A stretch of 64,000 bases of DNA from Patescibacteria group bacterium (GTDB taxonomy: Bacteria; Patescibacteriota; JABMPQ01; JAQVVF01). A program made the position numbers and the translations under genes. The notes below the pieces were generated by a model, which was not told where the DNA came from, searched no databases, and worked only from the letters and a program-made list of their open reading frames with translations. Below, piece by piece: positions 29,820-39,526 of this stretch (position 1 is its first letter; the number at the start of each line of letters is the position of its first letter). Where the stretch lies: positions 10,464 to 74,463 of the forward strand of contig JBAZSC010000004.1 of assembly GCA_041662665.1 (NCBI GenBank), written 5' to 3'.

Positions 29820-29849
29820 TCCACCAAAGTTCCGCAGAACGTAGGTGGA
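29820..29849 (+). repeat. 30-bp bulged palindrome, intergenic
   Basis: TCCACC-AAA-GTTC-CGCA-GAAC-GTA-GGTGGA. Confidence 0.85.
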
Positions 29850-29874
29850 TTAATTTTTAAAAACTTAAAATAAA

Positions 29875-31686
29875 CTATTTTATTCCAATCCCAAAAGTCC
29901 TTTTGCTAAAAGAAATTGGAGAATCAATTATTAAAGTAAAAGTTCTCTTTTTTAAATTTAAAGTTGCAAATGAATTTTTCCACTTTTTCTTTAATTTATT
30001 GTAATATAATAATTTCAAATCACTTTGTTTTAATGTCTTATTATTCTTTTTTAATTTTTTGAATTCTTTTTTAGAATAATTAAAAGTCACTTTTAATCTG
30101 AAATTATTCTTGGCTTTTTTATAAGTATATTTATTTAAATCATCTGTCACTAGCCAATATTTTTTTAATAGCTTATTTTTGTCTATTTTCTTAAAATAGT
30201 TACTGAATAATTTTGATTGAACAAAATATTTTTCTTTTTTTAAATTTTTTGGATATTTTGTCATTACAAAATTCAAATCTCTCGCAGAATAAACCTTGCC
30301 TTGCTTTTTCAACAAAACTTCATTAACTTTTCTAGCCTTTTTTGTTACAAATTTTGGATTTTTAATGTATCTAATTGTCTTTGTTAAAGCACCTGATTCA
30401 GCAAACCATTGATCTCTGAAATTGACATAAACTGTTTTTGTTCCATCAACTTTTGATAAAGTAAAAATCTTTGATGTATCATAAGCTTCCCAATTTGCAT
30501 TTGCAAAATCAGCATTTTCAGAAATTATCATTTCAGTTGGACTGCCTGCTGAAGATAAAGACAATGCTACTGTTCTTAAGGCAGTATATGCTTTATTAGA
30601 ATTAATCTTTAAACTTGTATTTGTTGGTCCCATAGAAGCAGCGTATTTTAAATCGCCATTTGTATGATCCTGATAAGCAATATGAATTCTATTTAGATCA
30701 TCAACCTTAATTGAAGTTTGAAAACCTAAAATTAAAGTATCGCTTCCTTGATCAACAATATATTTCTGAAAGGTTCCTGAAATATTTGTCGCATATTTCA
30801 AAGAATAATTTGGATAACCATCATGATAACTAATATGAGCATAATTATTTTTATCCAAGCTCAAACTAGAAAACATTCCAGTCAATCCTCCTGCTAAAAC
30901 TGCAGTATCAATTGTTGTTTTCTGCCAACTTCCAGATAAATTTGTAATATATTTCAAAGCTTGCACTCCGCCATCATAATAGCTAACATGCACTTTATTA
31001 TTTGTATCAACAGCAATTGAAGAATATTGTCCAACTCCTCCATTATCAATTGCTGAGCTTAAAAAAGATCCTGATTCATTTGTTGCGTATTTTAACCATT
31101 GATTACTGCTATCATAATAGCTAATATGAGCTTTGCCATTTGAATCAACTGCAATTGATGTATTGCTTGTAGAAGATAATGTTTCTACATCGTAGAAAAA
31201 CCAAGTTCCAGATGACTTGATTGCATATCTAACTTTTGATCCATTATAATAGCTAATATTCAATCGATCACTTGAATCAATCGCCATATCCACAAAAGTC
31301 CCGCCCAAAGCATCTAAAACAGAATTTCCCCAATTTCCTCCAGCATTTGTGGCATATTTCAAATCATCATTTACAGCATCATAATAAGCAATATGAATTT
31401 TGTTCGCTGAATCAACCACTAAAGAAGGATAAAGCCCAACCATTACTGAACTCTCGTCAATTATCGTAATTTGAAAACTGCCAGAACTATTAGTCGCATA
31501 TTTTAATTTACCATCACCAAGATATGCAATATGAACATATCCTAACGAATCAACACTAATTGATGTTCCATCTCCAGCAAAACCAGTTGCATCAACTGTT
31601 GTTTTTTGCCAATCTGCTGCCAACACAGTATGACCAAACAACATCAGGCAAAACATTGCCACCAAAATTAATAATTTCTTTTTCAT
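29875..31686 (-). CDS. Secreted beta-propeller repeat protein with Lys-rich C-terminal domain (paralog 2)
   Basis: Same architecture; terminus TFGIGIK. Confidence 0.85.
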   Translation of the reverse strand: MKKKLLILVAMFCLMLFGHTVLAADWQKTTVDATGFAGDGTSISVDSLGYVHIAYLGDGKLKYATNSSGSFQITIIDESSVMVGLYPSLVVDSANKIHIAYYDAVNDDLKYATNAGGNWGNSVLDALGGTFVDMAIDSSDRLNISYYNGSKVRYAIKSSGTWFFYDVETLSSTSNTSIAVDSNGKAHISYYDSSNQWLKYATNESGSFLSSAIDNGGVGQYSSIAVDTNNKVHVSYYDGGVQALKYITNLSGSWQKTTIDTAVLAGGLTGMFSSLSLDKNNYAHISYHDGYPNYSLKYATNISGTFQKYIVDQGSDTLILGFQTSIKVDDLNRIHIAYQDHTNGDLKYAASMGPTNTSLKINSNKAYTALRTVALSLSSAGSPTEMIISENADFANANWEAYDTSKIFTLSKVDGTKTVYVNFRDQWFAESGALTKTIRYIKNPKFVTKKARKVNEVLLKKQGKVYSARDLNFVMTKYPKNLKKEKYFVQSKLFSNYFKKIDKNKLLKKYWLVTDDLNKYTYKKAKNNFRLKVTFNYSKKEFKKLKKNNKTLKQSDLKLLYYNKLKKKWKNSFATLNLKKRTFTLIIDSPISFSKRTFGIGIK

Positions 31687-31698
31687 GATTTTCCCTCG

Positions 31699-31738
31699 TC
31701 CGCCATGCTTCTTCGCTTAAGCGAAGAGCGAAGGCGGA
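31699..31738 (+). repeat. Bulged palindrome, long-inner-stem variant
   Basis: TCCGCC-AT-GCTTCTTCGC-TTAA-GCGAAGAGC-GAA-GGCGGA. Confidence 0.8.
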
Positions 31739-31763
31739 TATTAAATAGTAATTATTTTAAAAT

Positions 31764-33614
31764 TTATTTTTTTCCTATTGCATAATAAATTTCATTCCAA
31801 GATATCGGCGAAATCAAAGTGATAGCAAATGTCCTATTTTTCACAGAATGTACGGCATTTAAATTATGCCATTTCTTTTCTTTAACATTATAATATTTTA
31901 AAACCAAACTACTTTCTGACAAACCTTTATTTCTATTTTTTAAAGTCTTGAATTGCTTTTTTGTATATTTAAAAACAAATTTAGTTTTAAAATTATCAGC
32001 TAATTTATATTTATTAAAATTACCTTTTATTTTCCAATATTCTTTAATCAAATTTTTCTTGGCTGCAATATAAGTTTTTGAATATTTTCTATATCTTTTT
32101 ACTTGCCAAGAATATTTTGCTTTTTTCAAACCTTTTGGCAATTTCAAAAATTTTAAATAAAATTTTTGAGCAGTATATTTTTTATTTTTCTTTTTTATTA
32201 AAATTTCTTTGCTTTTTGCATTTTTTGTTACAAAAGTTGGATTTGGCAAATATTTAATTGAATCAGAAACAGTTGCTGATTCCGCATACCATTGATCTCG
32301 AAATTTTACATAAATAGTCTTTTTGCCAACCCTAGAAGACATTTCAAAAACTTTATTCACATTATATGTTTCCCATTCTGCTCCAGCAAAAGTAGAATAT
32401 TCAGACAACATCATTTCTGTTGGATTGCTAGTTGCAGATAAAACCAAATCAACATCTTTAAAATTTGTATATTTTTTACCTGCTTCTATTACAACTTCTG
32501 GACTTATTGGACCAAGTACATCAGCAAATTTTACTTCACCATCCCAAGGAGAATAAGTATGCAGATAAAATAGACCAACGTAAAGTCTGTTTGAAGAATC
32601 CATAGCCAAAGAAATTGGCTGTTCAGCTGTATGAATTGCATCTCCAATATCACTAACAGCTACAGTTGAAAAACTTGTCCCAACATTATTTGCCAGCTTA
32701 AAATCAAAGTTATCCACATCATAATATCCAATTCTTACTCTTGAATTGCTATCAACTACTAGAGAAGAATATATTCCAACATCTCCAGCAGTATCAACTG
32801 TCGAATTTGACCAATAGCCCAACATATTATTTGCGTATTTCAAATCTCGATTCCCGCGATCATAATAACTAATATGAACGAAATCACTATCGTCAATTTT
32901 TATTGAACTAAACTCACCAACATTACCGCTATCAACGGTTTGAGCCACAAAATTTCCAGAAGAATTTGTAATATATTTTAAAGATAGATTTGCCGAATCA
33001 TAATAACTGATATGGACTTTATTGTAATCATCAACAGTTAATGAAGAAAATAGTCCGACAAAAGTACTACTGCTATCTATTGTTGATAATGTAAAACCAG
33101 TTCCATTAGAATTTGTTGCGTATTTTAAATCGTCATTTGTTAAATCATAATAACTAATATGCACATAACCTAATGAATCAACACCAATCGAATCATACAT
33201 ACCAACTTCGCCTGTTGTATCAATTGATGATGCTGCCCACACTCCAGAAGCATTAGTCGCATATTTCAAATCAGAATTAGCATAATCATAATAACTAACA
33301 TGCGCCTTATCATTATAATCTATTGCAATTGATGGATACTGTCCCAAACCAGAACCAAGATCAATTGTTTCACTCACAAAACTGCCAGATGCGTTTGTTG
33401 CATATTTTAGATAATAAGTTGCACCAGTTGTCTCTAAATAAACCAGATGCGCTTTGCTATTTGAATCCAAAGCAATTGCCACAATAGGACCAACACCTAC
33501 TCCTCTCGACAATGACTCAAATTGCCAATCCGATGCCTTTGCTTGACCAAAAAAACAAAAGACACAAGACAACGTTGCAAAAACCACTCCTAAAATTAGA
33601 GATTTTTTTCTCAT
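31764..33614 (-). CDS. Secreted beta-propeller repeat protein with Lys-rich C-terminal domain (paralog 1)
   Basis: Same architecture; terminus YYAIGKK. Confidence 0.85.
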   Translation of the reverse strand: MRKKSLILGVVFATLSCVFCFFGQAKASDWQFESLSRGVGVGPIVAIALDSNSKAHLVYLETTGATYYLKYATNASGSFVSETIDLGSGLGQYPSIAIDYNDKAHVSYYDYANSDLKYATNASGVWAASSIDTTGEVGMYDSIGVDSLGYVHISYYDLTNDDLKYATNSNGTGFTLSTIDSSSTFVGLFSSLTVDDYNKVHISYYDSANLSLKYITNSSGNFVAQTVDSGNVGEFSSIKIDDSDFVHISYYDRGNRDLKYANNMLGYWSNSTVDTAGDVGIYSSLVVDSNSRVRIGYYDVDNFDFKLANNVGTSFSTVAVSDIGDAIHTAEQPISLAMDSSNRLYVGLFYLHTYSPWDGEVKFADVLGPISPEVVIEAGKKYTNFKDVDLVLSATSNPTEMMLSEYSTFAGAEWETYNVNKVFEMSSRVGKKTIYVKFRDQWYAESATVSDSIKYLPNPTFVTKNAKSKEILIKKKNKKYTAQKFYLKFLKLPKGLKKAKYSWQVKRYRKYSKTYIAAKKNLIKEYWKIKGNFNKYKLADNFKTKFVFKYTKKQFKTLKNRNKGLSESSLVLKYYNVKEKKWHNLNAVHSVKNRTFAITLISPISWNEIYYAIGKK

Positions 33615-33835
33615 TATTTTTGTTTTTTATTTTAATAAATTTTAATTACTGATATCTTAACATTTTTTTACCTATTTAACAAAAAAGCTATCCACTGCCA
33701 AAATTTACATTATGCCAATAATAATGTATAATAAAATTAATCAAATATCATTTTTAAAAACAGAATTAAAATTAGAAAAAGTATTTGCATTATTTGCATA
33801 TTCGCAATATTTGCATAAATTCGTATATTTGTATT

Positions 33836-34393
33836 ATGCCTAAACAATCTTTTTTCGCAAGATTTTTACAATCAAAACAAGTTGCTGACAATCCTACGCC
33901 GCCAAAACCACCAGTTGGACATCTGCCAACTCCAAAGACTTCTCAGCCAGATCCAGCTCCAATCCAAGTTCAACAGCAACAACAACCACAACCTCAACAA
34001 AATTCTTCTCAATCTTCACAAGATAGTCAAGAAAATTACGAAGGCCAGCTTGCTATTGATGTTTATCAAACTCCTCAAGAAATAGTTATTAAATCAACAA
34101 TTGCTGGTGTTAATCCAGAAAACATTGACATCAATATCGATAATGACATGGTTACAATCAAAGGCGAAAGAAAAAATATCACTGAAGCAAAAGAAAATGA
34201 TTATTATTATCAAGAATGTTATTGGGGCTCTTTTTCAAGATCAATTATCTTGCCAGAAGAAGTCGTTGCTGATAATGCTGTTGCTGAATTAAAAAATGGA
34301 ATTCTGACAGTCAGATTACCAAAAGCAAATGCCGTTAAAACCAAAAAAATAGAAGTCAAAATGGCGAGCGATACAGTGACTAGTAATCAATAA
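33836..34393 (+). CDS. Hsp20/alpha-crystallin small heat-shock protein
   Basis: IDVYQT, VTIKGER, ECYWGSFSRSIILP and NGILTVRLPK, with a Pro/Gln-rich N-terminus. Start moved to ATG 33836. Confidence 0.92.
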   Translation: MPKQSFFARFLQSKQVADNPTPPKPPVGHLPTPKTSQPDPAPIQVQQQQQPQPQQNSSQSSQDSQENYEGQLAIDVYQTPQEIVIKSTIAGVNPENIDINIDNDMVTIKGERKNITEAKENDYYYQECYWGSFSRSIILPEEVVADNAVAELKNGILTVRLPKANAVKTKKIEVKMASDTVTSNQ

Positions 34394-34466
34394 CTAGCAA
34401 CAAGAAATCCAATTGCCAATTACTAATTTTTCTAGTTACTTGTTACTTGTTAATACATTATATTTA

Positions 34467-34484
34467 CCCGAGCTACAGCTCGGG
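34467..34484. repeat. REP-like mini-palindrome CCCGAGCTACAGCTCGGG
   Basis: Resembles CCCAGCTAAAGCTGGG in the 15047-15150 element. Confidence 0.55.
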
Positions 34485-34567
34485 ATTATTATTGTTTTTT
34501 ATTCTTTACAAATTAAAAAATAGCTGTTATATTATTTCATTAAGATTTCAATATTTTTTTGTTTATA

Positions 34568-34846
34568 ATGCAAACGATAAAAGTAATTTTAGATCGATTT
34601 TTCGATGATTCCGTAATATTAATTACCGAATCTGGCAAACAAATTTTATGGCCAAAAGACAAGCTTCCAGAAGAAGCAGAACTTGGTCAAACTTTGAATT
34701 TGACTTTAAATATAAATTCGCCTGCAATAAATTTTGTTAAAAAAAATAAAGATAATGCAATTCAAATACCGCAAGATCATACCAAAATCGCCAAAGCAAT
34801 TTTAGAAGAAATCTTAAATAGCAACGAACAAGAAATCTTAAAATAG
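34568..34846 (+). CDS. DUF3006-like small protein
   Basis: ILDRF...WPKDKLPEEAELG...AKAILEEILN. Confidence 0.65.
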   Translation: MQTIKVILDRFFDDSVILITESGKQILWPKDKLPEEAELGQTLNLTLNINSPAINFVKKNKDNAIQIPQDHTKIAKAILEEILNSNEQEILK

Positions 34847-34871
34847 TACCCTAAACAAAAGGAGAACCGAA

Positions 34872-35246
34872 GTGGAACAATCAGAAGGATACGCGATCTT
34901 TGATTTTAATTTAGATCCTTCAAAAAGAAGTAAATGGTCAACTGGTTCTTTTCTTGAACCAAATTCTCCATTCTTTTCAAAACATGTAGAAATCGGAATT
35001 AGCCAACGCAATTCACAATCGCGACCAGACTCTCAACATTTTCACCGCGAAACCAAAGAATTTTATTTGGTTATTTCTGGACAACTTGTTCTGCAAATCA
35101 ACAATAAAACAATTATCCTAAAACCTCTTGAAATGGTTGTTGTTTTACCTAATTCAATTCATGCAGTAATAAAAGCAGTTGATGACACAAAATTCATTGT
35201 CATCAAATCACCTTCGGGACTTAATGACAAAGTAATCGTTCCCTAA
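34872..35246 (+). CDS. Cupin domain protein
   Basis: HFHRETKEFYLVISG...PNSIHAV; AAGGAG before GTG; hairpin terminator at 35249-35270. Confidence 0.85.
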   Translation: MEQSEGYAIFDFNLDPSKRSKWSTGSFLEPNSPFFSKHVEIGISQRNSQSRPDSQHFHRETKEFYLVISGQLVLQINNKTIILKPLEMVVVLPNSIHAVIKAVDDTKFIVIKSPSGLNDKVIVP

Positions 35247-35333
35247 ACACCTACTCTCGTAGGTTTTTTTATTTCAATATTCAAATCATAATTCTTTATT
35301 CTTTATTCATAATTCTCATGCTAGAATAATTTA

Positions 35334-37073
35334 ATGCCTAAAAAAATATTTAAAACTTTTTTTATAATTTCAATCATTTTCTTAACCACGTTAAGCCTTT
35401 CTTTAATTGTCTTAAATTTTTATTACAAAGATAAATTTTATCCAGGTACAACAATTGCTAATTTTAATGTTTCTGGAAAAACAAAACAACAAGCAACTGA
35501 TTTTTTAAATAATAAATTAGAAGAATTTAATCAAGGAATTAGTTTTGTTAATAAAGATTATAACCAAAAAATAAAACCAGAACTTTTTGGCGTTGAAATT
35601 GATTTAGAAAAAACAATCAATCAAGCTTTTGATAAAACAAATTCTGGAAGCAAACATAATCGAAGTTTCAATATCATTAAAACTTTAATTTTAAAAGATC
35701 ATAATAATTTAATTTATTCGATCCAATCAAATAAATTAGAAAATTTTTACAATCAAGAATTATCCAAATTAGACCAGCAAAAAAAAGAGACCAACATCTC
35801 TTTTCAAAAAAATAATTTAAAAATAATTTCTGGAAATTCGGGCTTTTCTTTAAACAAGCAATTTTTAACAAGCTTAATAAATTCCAGAATTAAAAATTTA
35901 TCAGCTGACGAAATAAATGTTCCATTTCAAAAAATCAATCCTGAAAATAATAAAAAAATAATTTTTAAAACAAGTCTTGAAGCCAAAAATATTGTTTCAC
36001 AAAAAATTATTTTGCAATACGAAAAAGATAAGTGGATAATTGACCAAGATACGTTAAAATCCTGGGCTAATTTTGCTGTTCAAAAAACACCAATTACTAG
36101 TTATCCAAGTCTAAATAAAAATTATCCAGTACAAAATCTAATTTATAATTCTTTATCAACTAAACAAAAAAATAATTTTCAAGATCAACTAGTTGCCTAT
36201 TTTGACCGACAAAAAATCGGCGATTATTTATCAAAAGAAATTGCGCCAAAAATCAATCAAGCTCCTCAAAATATCCGCTTGCAAATGCAAAATAATGAAT
36301 TAACAATTTTTCAGCCTGCCAAAAAAGGCAAAGAATTATTAATCGAAGGCAATCTAAAAAATATTATTGATAATATCAAAAATCAAAATACCAAAATTAA
36401 ATTATTAACCAAATCTTTAGGCGCTGAAATTAACAAAAAAAATATCAAAGAACTTGGCATCAAAGAATTATTAGGCAAAGGCGAATCAAATTTTTCTGGA
36501 AGTCCTACCAATCGCATTCAAAATATTACTGTTGCCGCCCAAAAACTGAATGGTATTTTAGTAAAACCAAATGAAGAATATTCTTTAGTTAATAATTTAG
36601 GCGAGGTCAATGCTGAAGCAGGATACCTGCCAGAATTAGTTATTAAAGAAGACAAAACCATCCCAGAATATGGAGGAGGTTTATGCCAAATCGCCACCAC
36701 TAATTTTCGTGCTGCGCTAAATTCAGCCTTACCAATCACCGAACGCCAATCGCATTCTTATGCAGTCCAATATTATGATCCGCAAGGAACAGATGCTGCA
36801 ATTTACATTCCTCATCCAGATCTAAAATTTTATAACAATACTAAAAATTATATTTTAATTCAGACATCAATCTTTAATGATATTTTAACTTTTGAATTTT
36901 ATGGAACTAATGATGGCAGATCTGTCAGATTTGAGGGTCCAGAATATTGGGACCAAAAACCTGACAAATCATTCAAGGCAAAATATTCCCAAATTATTAC
37001 CTATCCCGACAAAACCGAAAAAAAATCAACCTTCTTTAGCTATTACGATAATCCTGATAAATACAAACACTAG
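35334..37073 (+). CDS. VanW family protein with an N-terminal anchor and peptidoglycan-binding-like repeats
   Basis: NRIQNI, YGGGLCQIATT, ITERQSHS and DLKFYNNT. Confidence 0.9.
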   Translation: MPKKIFKTFFIISIIFLTTLSLSLIVLNFYYKDKFYPGTTIANFNVSGKTKQQATDFLNNKLEEFNQGISFVNKDYNQKIKPELFGVEIDLEKTINQAFDKTNSGSKHNRSFNIIKTLILKDHNNLIYSIQSNKLENFYNQELSKLDQQKKETNISFQKNNLKIISGNSGFSLNKQFLTSLINSRIKNLSADEINVPFQKINPENNKKIIFKTSLEAKNIVSQKIILQYEKDKWIIDQDTLKSWANFAVQKTPITSYPSLNKNYPVQNLIYNSLSTKQKNNFQDQLVAYFDRQKIGDYLSKEIAPKINQAPQNIRLQMQNNELTIFQPAKKGKELLIEGNLKNIIDNIKNQNTKIKLLTKSLGAEINKKNIKELGIKELLGKGESNFSGSPTNRIQNITVAAQKLNGILVKPNEEYSLVNNLGEVNAEAGYLPELVIKEDKTIPEYGGGLCQIATTNFRAALNSALPITERQSHSYAVQYYDPQGTDAAIYIPHPDLKFYNNTKNYILIQTSIFNDILTFEFYGTNDGRSVRFEGPEYWDQKPDKSFKAKYSQIITYPDKTEKKSTFFSYYDNPDKYKH

Positions 37074-37078
37074 ACAAG

Positions 37079-37170
37079 AATACAAATCTACAAATAACGC
37101 TAATCTACGAATATACGAATCGTCGTATTCGCATATTCGCTATATTGGCATTATTCGTATATTCGTATTT
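37079..37170. repeat. Inverted repeat hairpin with CGTCG loop
   Basis: ...TACGAATATACGAAT-CGTCG-TATTCGCATATTCGC...; loop core at 37121-37125. Confidence 0.8.
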
Positions 37171-37175
37171 TACCC

Positions 37176-37366
37176 AACAAAAAACTGTAGGCTAATGTCC
37201 CGTGCTACCTTATGTGAACGCATATTTCACAGAAAATAGCGCGGGACGAAGTAACAATCCCAAGTGATTCAGTAGTAAAACACCGCCGAATCCTTTCTGA
37301 TTGTTCCTTATAAAATAGCTGCCTACAGATTTTTGGCCACGAAAAACATTACTTTTTTTTCATGAC
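37176..37366 (-). ncRNA. Candidate ~190-nt structured non-coding RNA
   Basis: Consensus promoter immediately upstream, four helices whose G-U pairs favour the minus strand, a U-tract after the closing stem, and no ORF beyond MKKK*. Confidence 0.65.
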
Positions 37367-37371
37367 TAAAC

Positions 37372-37400
37372 AGCTTAGCATATTATATTTCGCCTGTCAA
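37372..37400 (-). promoter_or_regulatory. Sigma70 promoter driving the candidate ncRNA
   Basis: TTGACA ggcgaaatataatatgc TAAGCT, 17-nt spacer with extended -10 TGn. Confidence 0.7.
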
Positions 37401-37510
37401 TACTTTTTGCTATAATATAATACGAATATGCAAATCTATGCAAATAATACGAATATACAAATTCGTATATTCGCAACATTTGCATAAATTCGTATATTTG
37501 TATTACATAA

Positions 37511-38533
37511 ATGATAAAAAACACAACACCAAAAATCATCGCACCAGAAGAAAAATTAGAAGACAAAGCTCTTGATTTTACCTTAAGACCAAAAAAATTA
37601 GATGAATTTATTGGCCAAAACAAGCTAAAAGAAAACCTCAAGATCTTAATTCAAGCTGCAAACATGAGAAAAGAACAAATTGATCATTTGTTACTTTATG
37701 GCCCTCCTGGTACTGGAAAAACAACACTTGCCAACATTATTTCTTGTGAAACAAACGTCAATATCAGAGTCACTTCAGGACCAGCCTTAGAAAAAGCCGG
37801 AGATCTAGCTGCCATTTTAACAAACCTAAAAGATAATGATATTTTGTTTATTGATGAAATACACAGAATGAACAAAAACATTGAAGAAGTCCTTTATCCT
37901 GCCATGGAAGACTATTCTTTAGACATCGTTCTAGGCAAAGGTCCTTCTGCCAAAACAGTCAGATTAGATTTGCCAAAATTTACTCTTATCGGCGCAACTA
38001 CCAGAATTGGTTTATTATCATCACCTCTTCGCGATCGTTTTGGTGCAATTTATCATTTAGATTTTTATGAAGATCACGAATTAGAAAAAATTGTCACTAG
38101 ATCAGCCAATATTCTAAATATAAAAATTGAAGCTTCGGGTTCATCAGAAATCGCTAAAAGATCTAGAAAAACTCCTCGAATTGCCAACAGATTATTAAAA
38201 CGAGTTCGCGATTTTTCTCAAGTAAAATCAGATGGTACAATTACTCAAGCAACTGCTAAAAAAGCTTTAGATTTATTAGAGATTGATAGCTTAGGATTAG
38301 ATGCCGTTGACCGCAAAATTTTAATGACTATTATCCAAAAATTTAATGGCGGACCAGTAGGTATTAAAACAATTTCTCAATCAACTGCCGAAGAACAAGA
38401 TACATTAGAAGAAGTTGTTGAACCATTTTTATTGCAACTCGGTTTTATCAATCGTACAGCCAAAGGCCGAGAAACAACCAGTCTTGCTTATCAACATTTA
38501 GGCATTACTAACATCAAAGAATGGAAAAAATAG
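37511..38533 (+). CDS. ruvB: Holliday junction branch migration helicase RuvB
   Basis: [38 protein letters not shown] and PLRDRFG. Confidence 0.98.
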   Translation: MIKNTTPKIIAPEEKLEDKALDFTLRPKKLDEFIGQNKLKENLKILIQAANMRKEQIDHLLLYGPPGTGKTTLANIISCETNVNIRVTSGPALEKAGDLAAILTNLKDNDILFIDEIHRMNKNIEEVLYPAMEDYSLDIVLGKGPSAKTVRLDLPKFTLIGATTRIGLLSSPLRDRFGAIYHLDFYEDHELEKIVTRSANILNIKIEASGSSEIAKRSRKTPRIANRLLKRVRDFSQVKSDGTITQATAKKALDLLEIDSLGLDAVDRKILMTIIQKFNGGPVGIKTISQSTAEEQDTLEEVVEPFLLQLGFINRTAKGRETTSLAYQHLGITNIKEWKK

Positions 38534-38573
38534 TTTTTTTACTTTTTAATTTTTCCTTTTTACTTTTTTTAAC

Positions 38574-38798
38574 ATGCCAATTTACATCATCTATATAATT
38601 TTTTATGCCCTTCTCGCAATCTACATCATTGCCAGTTTTTTAGTCATTAATTATATTTATAAATATAAACATTTAGGTCCAGCTGTAAAATATCTTATTC
38701 CGCTTTATATTGCCGTATCATTAATCATTATAATTATTGCTAATTTTTATATATTAAAGACCGGCTTTTCCGAAATTATCACTTTAAATATTTTTTAA
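38574..38798 (+). CDS. Small two-TM hypothetical membrane protein
   Basis: 74-aa hydrophobic ORF in the ruvB run. Confidence 0.55.
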   Translation: MPIYIIYIIFYALLAIYIIASFLVINYIYKYKHLGPAVKYLIPLYIAVSLIIIIIANFYILKTGFSEIITLNIF

Positions 38799-38830
38799 TT
38801 TTATTTACTTATTACTAGTTACTTTCGCTC

Positions 38831-39346
38831 ATGCTAAATTACACTCTTAATCCAGACGAAAAATTAATAATGCTTATTAGAAAACATAAGATCTACTATC
38901 TAAAACATGCTTTAGTAATATTATTTTTATCAATTTTACCAATTTTATTATATCTATTTTTAGCCTTAAATTTTGAAGATCTATTCAATCCAATAATTGA
39001 TACTTTATTTATAATCATAAGTTCTATCTATTATTTAGCTATTCTTTTTTTCTCACTTATCAGCTGGATGAATTATTATCTTGATGTTTGGTTGGTTACT
39101 AATGAAAGAATAATTGAATACGAACAGAAAAGCCCATTTCGTCGCGAAACTGGTGAATTAATGCTTGAATCAATTGAAGATGTCTCAGTTAAAGTTGAAG
39201 GCATTATTCCATCAATTATAAAATCTGGCAACATTTATGTTCAAACTGCAGGCCAAGCCGAAAGATTTATTTTTACAGATGCGCCAAGACCTGAAGAAAT
39301 TAAAGAAACAATTGTTAAACTAACACATCAATCACTGCATCAATAA
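38831..39346 (+). CDS. Membrane protein with a bacterial PH (bPH_2) domain
   Basis: Two TM helices followed by VTNERII...IEDVSV...GNIYVQTAG. Confidence 0.8.
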   Translation: MLNYTLNPDEKLIMLIRKHKIYYLKHALVILFLSILPILLYLFLALNFEDLFNPIIDTLFIIISSIYYLAILFFSLISWMNYYLDVWLVTNERIIEYEQKSPFRRETGELMLESIEDVSVKVEGIIPSIIKSGNIYVQTAGQAERFIFTDAPRPEEIKETIVKLTHQSLHQ

Positions 39347-39404
39347 AATTATAAAAATAAATTAAGCCTTGATAATCTTCAAGGCTTTTGTTATATTTGG
39401 CAGA

Positions 39405-39520
39405 AGAATCTTGAATCTAGAATTTGGAATCTAGAATGAATAATGAATTTAGAATACAGAATTCTCGATTCTAAATTCCAAATTCTATTCCAGATTCTAG
39501 ATTCCAGATTCTATATTCTA
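39405..39520. repeat. Inverted GAATCTA/TAGATTC heptamer hairpin upstream of queA
   Basis: GAATCTAGAATTTGGAATCTAGAAT ... ATTCCAGATTCTAGATTCCAGATTC; loop ATTCTCGATT. Confidence 0.8.
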
Positions 39521-39526
39521 ATTTTT

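Noticed and set aside
22030-33614. Possible diversity-generating retroelement target or CRISPR-like periodicity
   Set aside because: The periodicity is protein repeats inside intact ORFs. I saw no reverse transcriptase, no adenine-specific template/variable pair and no repeat-spacer structure.
37185-37328. Hammerhead ribozyme on the + strand (CTAAT-GTCCC...GGGAC-GAAG)
   Set aside because: The core deviates from CUGANGA/GAAA, and the G-U pairs and promoter point to the minus strand.
36892-37641. ORFs 36892-37239 (+) and 37375-37641 (-)
   Set aside because: They overlap vanW or ruvB and run through repeat hairpins, with no recognisable protein features.
39443-39526. N-terminal extensions of queA (and likewise tsaD, hsp20, rpmH, jag) in the ORF track
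   Set aside because: They translate repeat hairpins or promoter DNA; family similarity starts at the downstream ATG.
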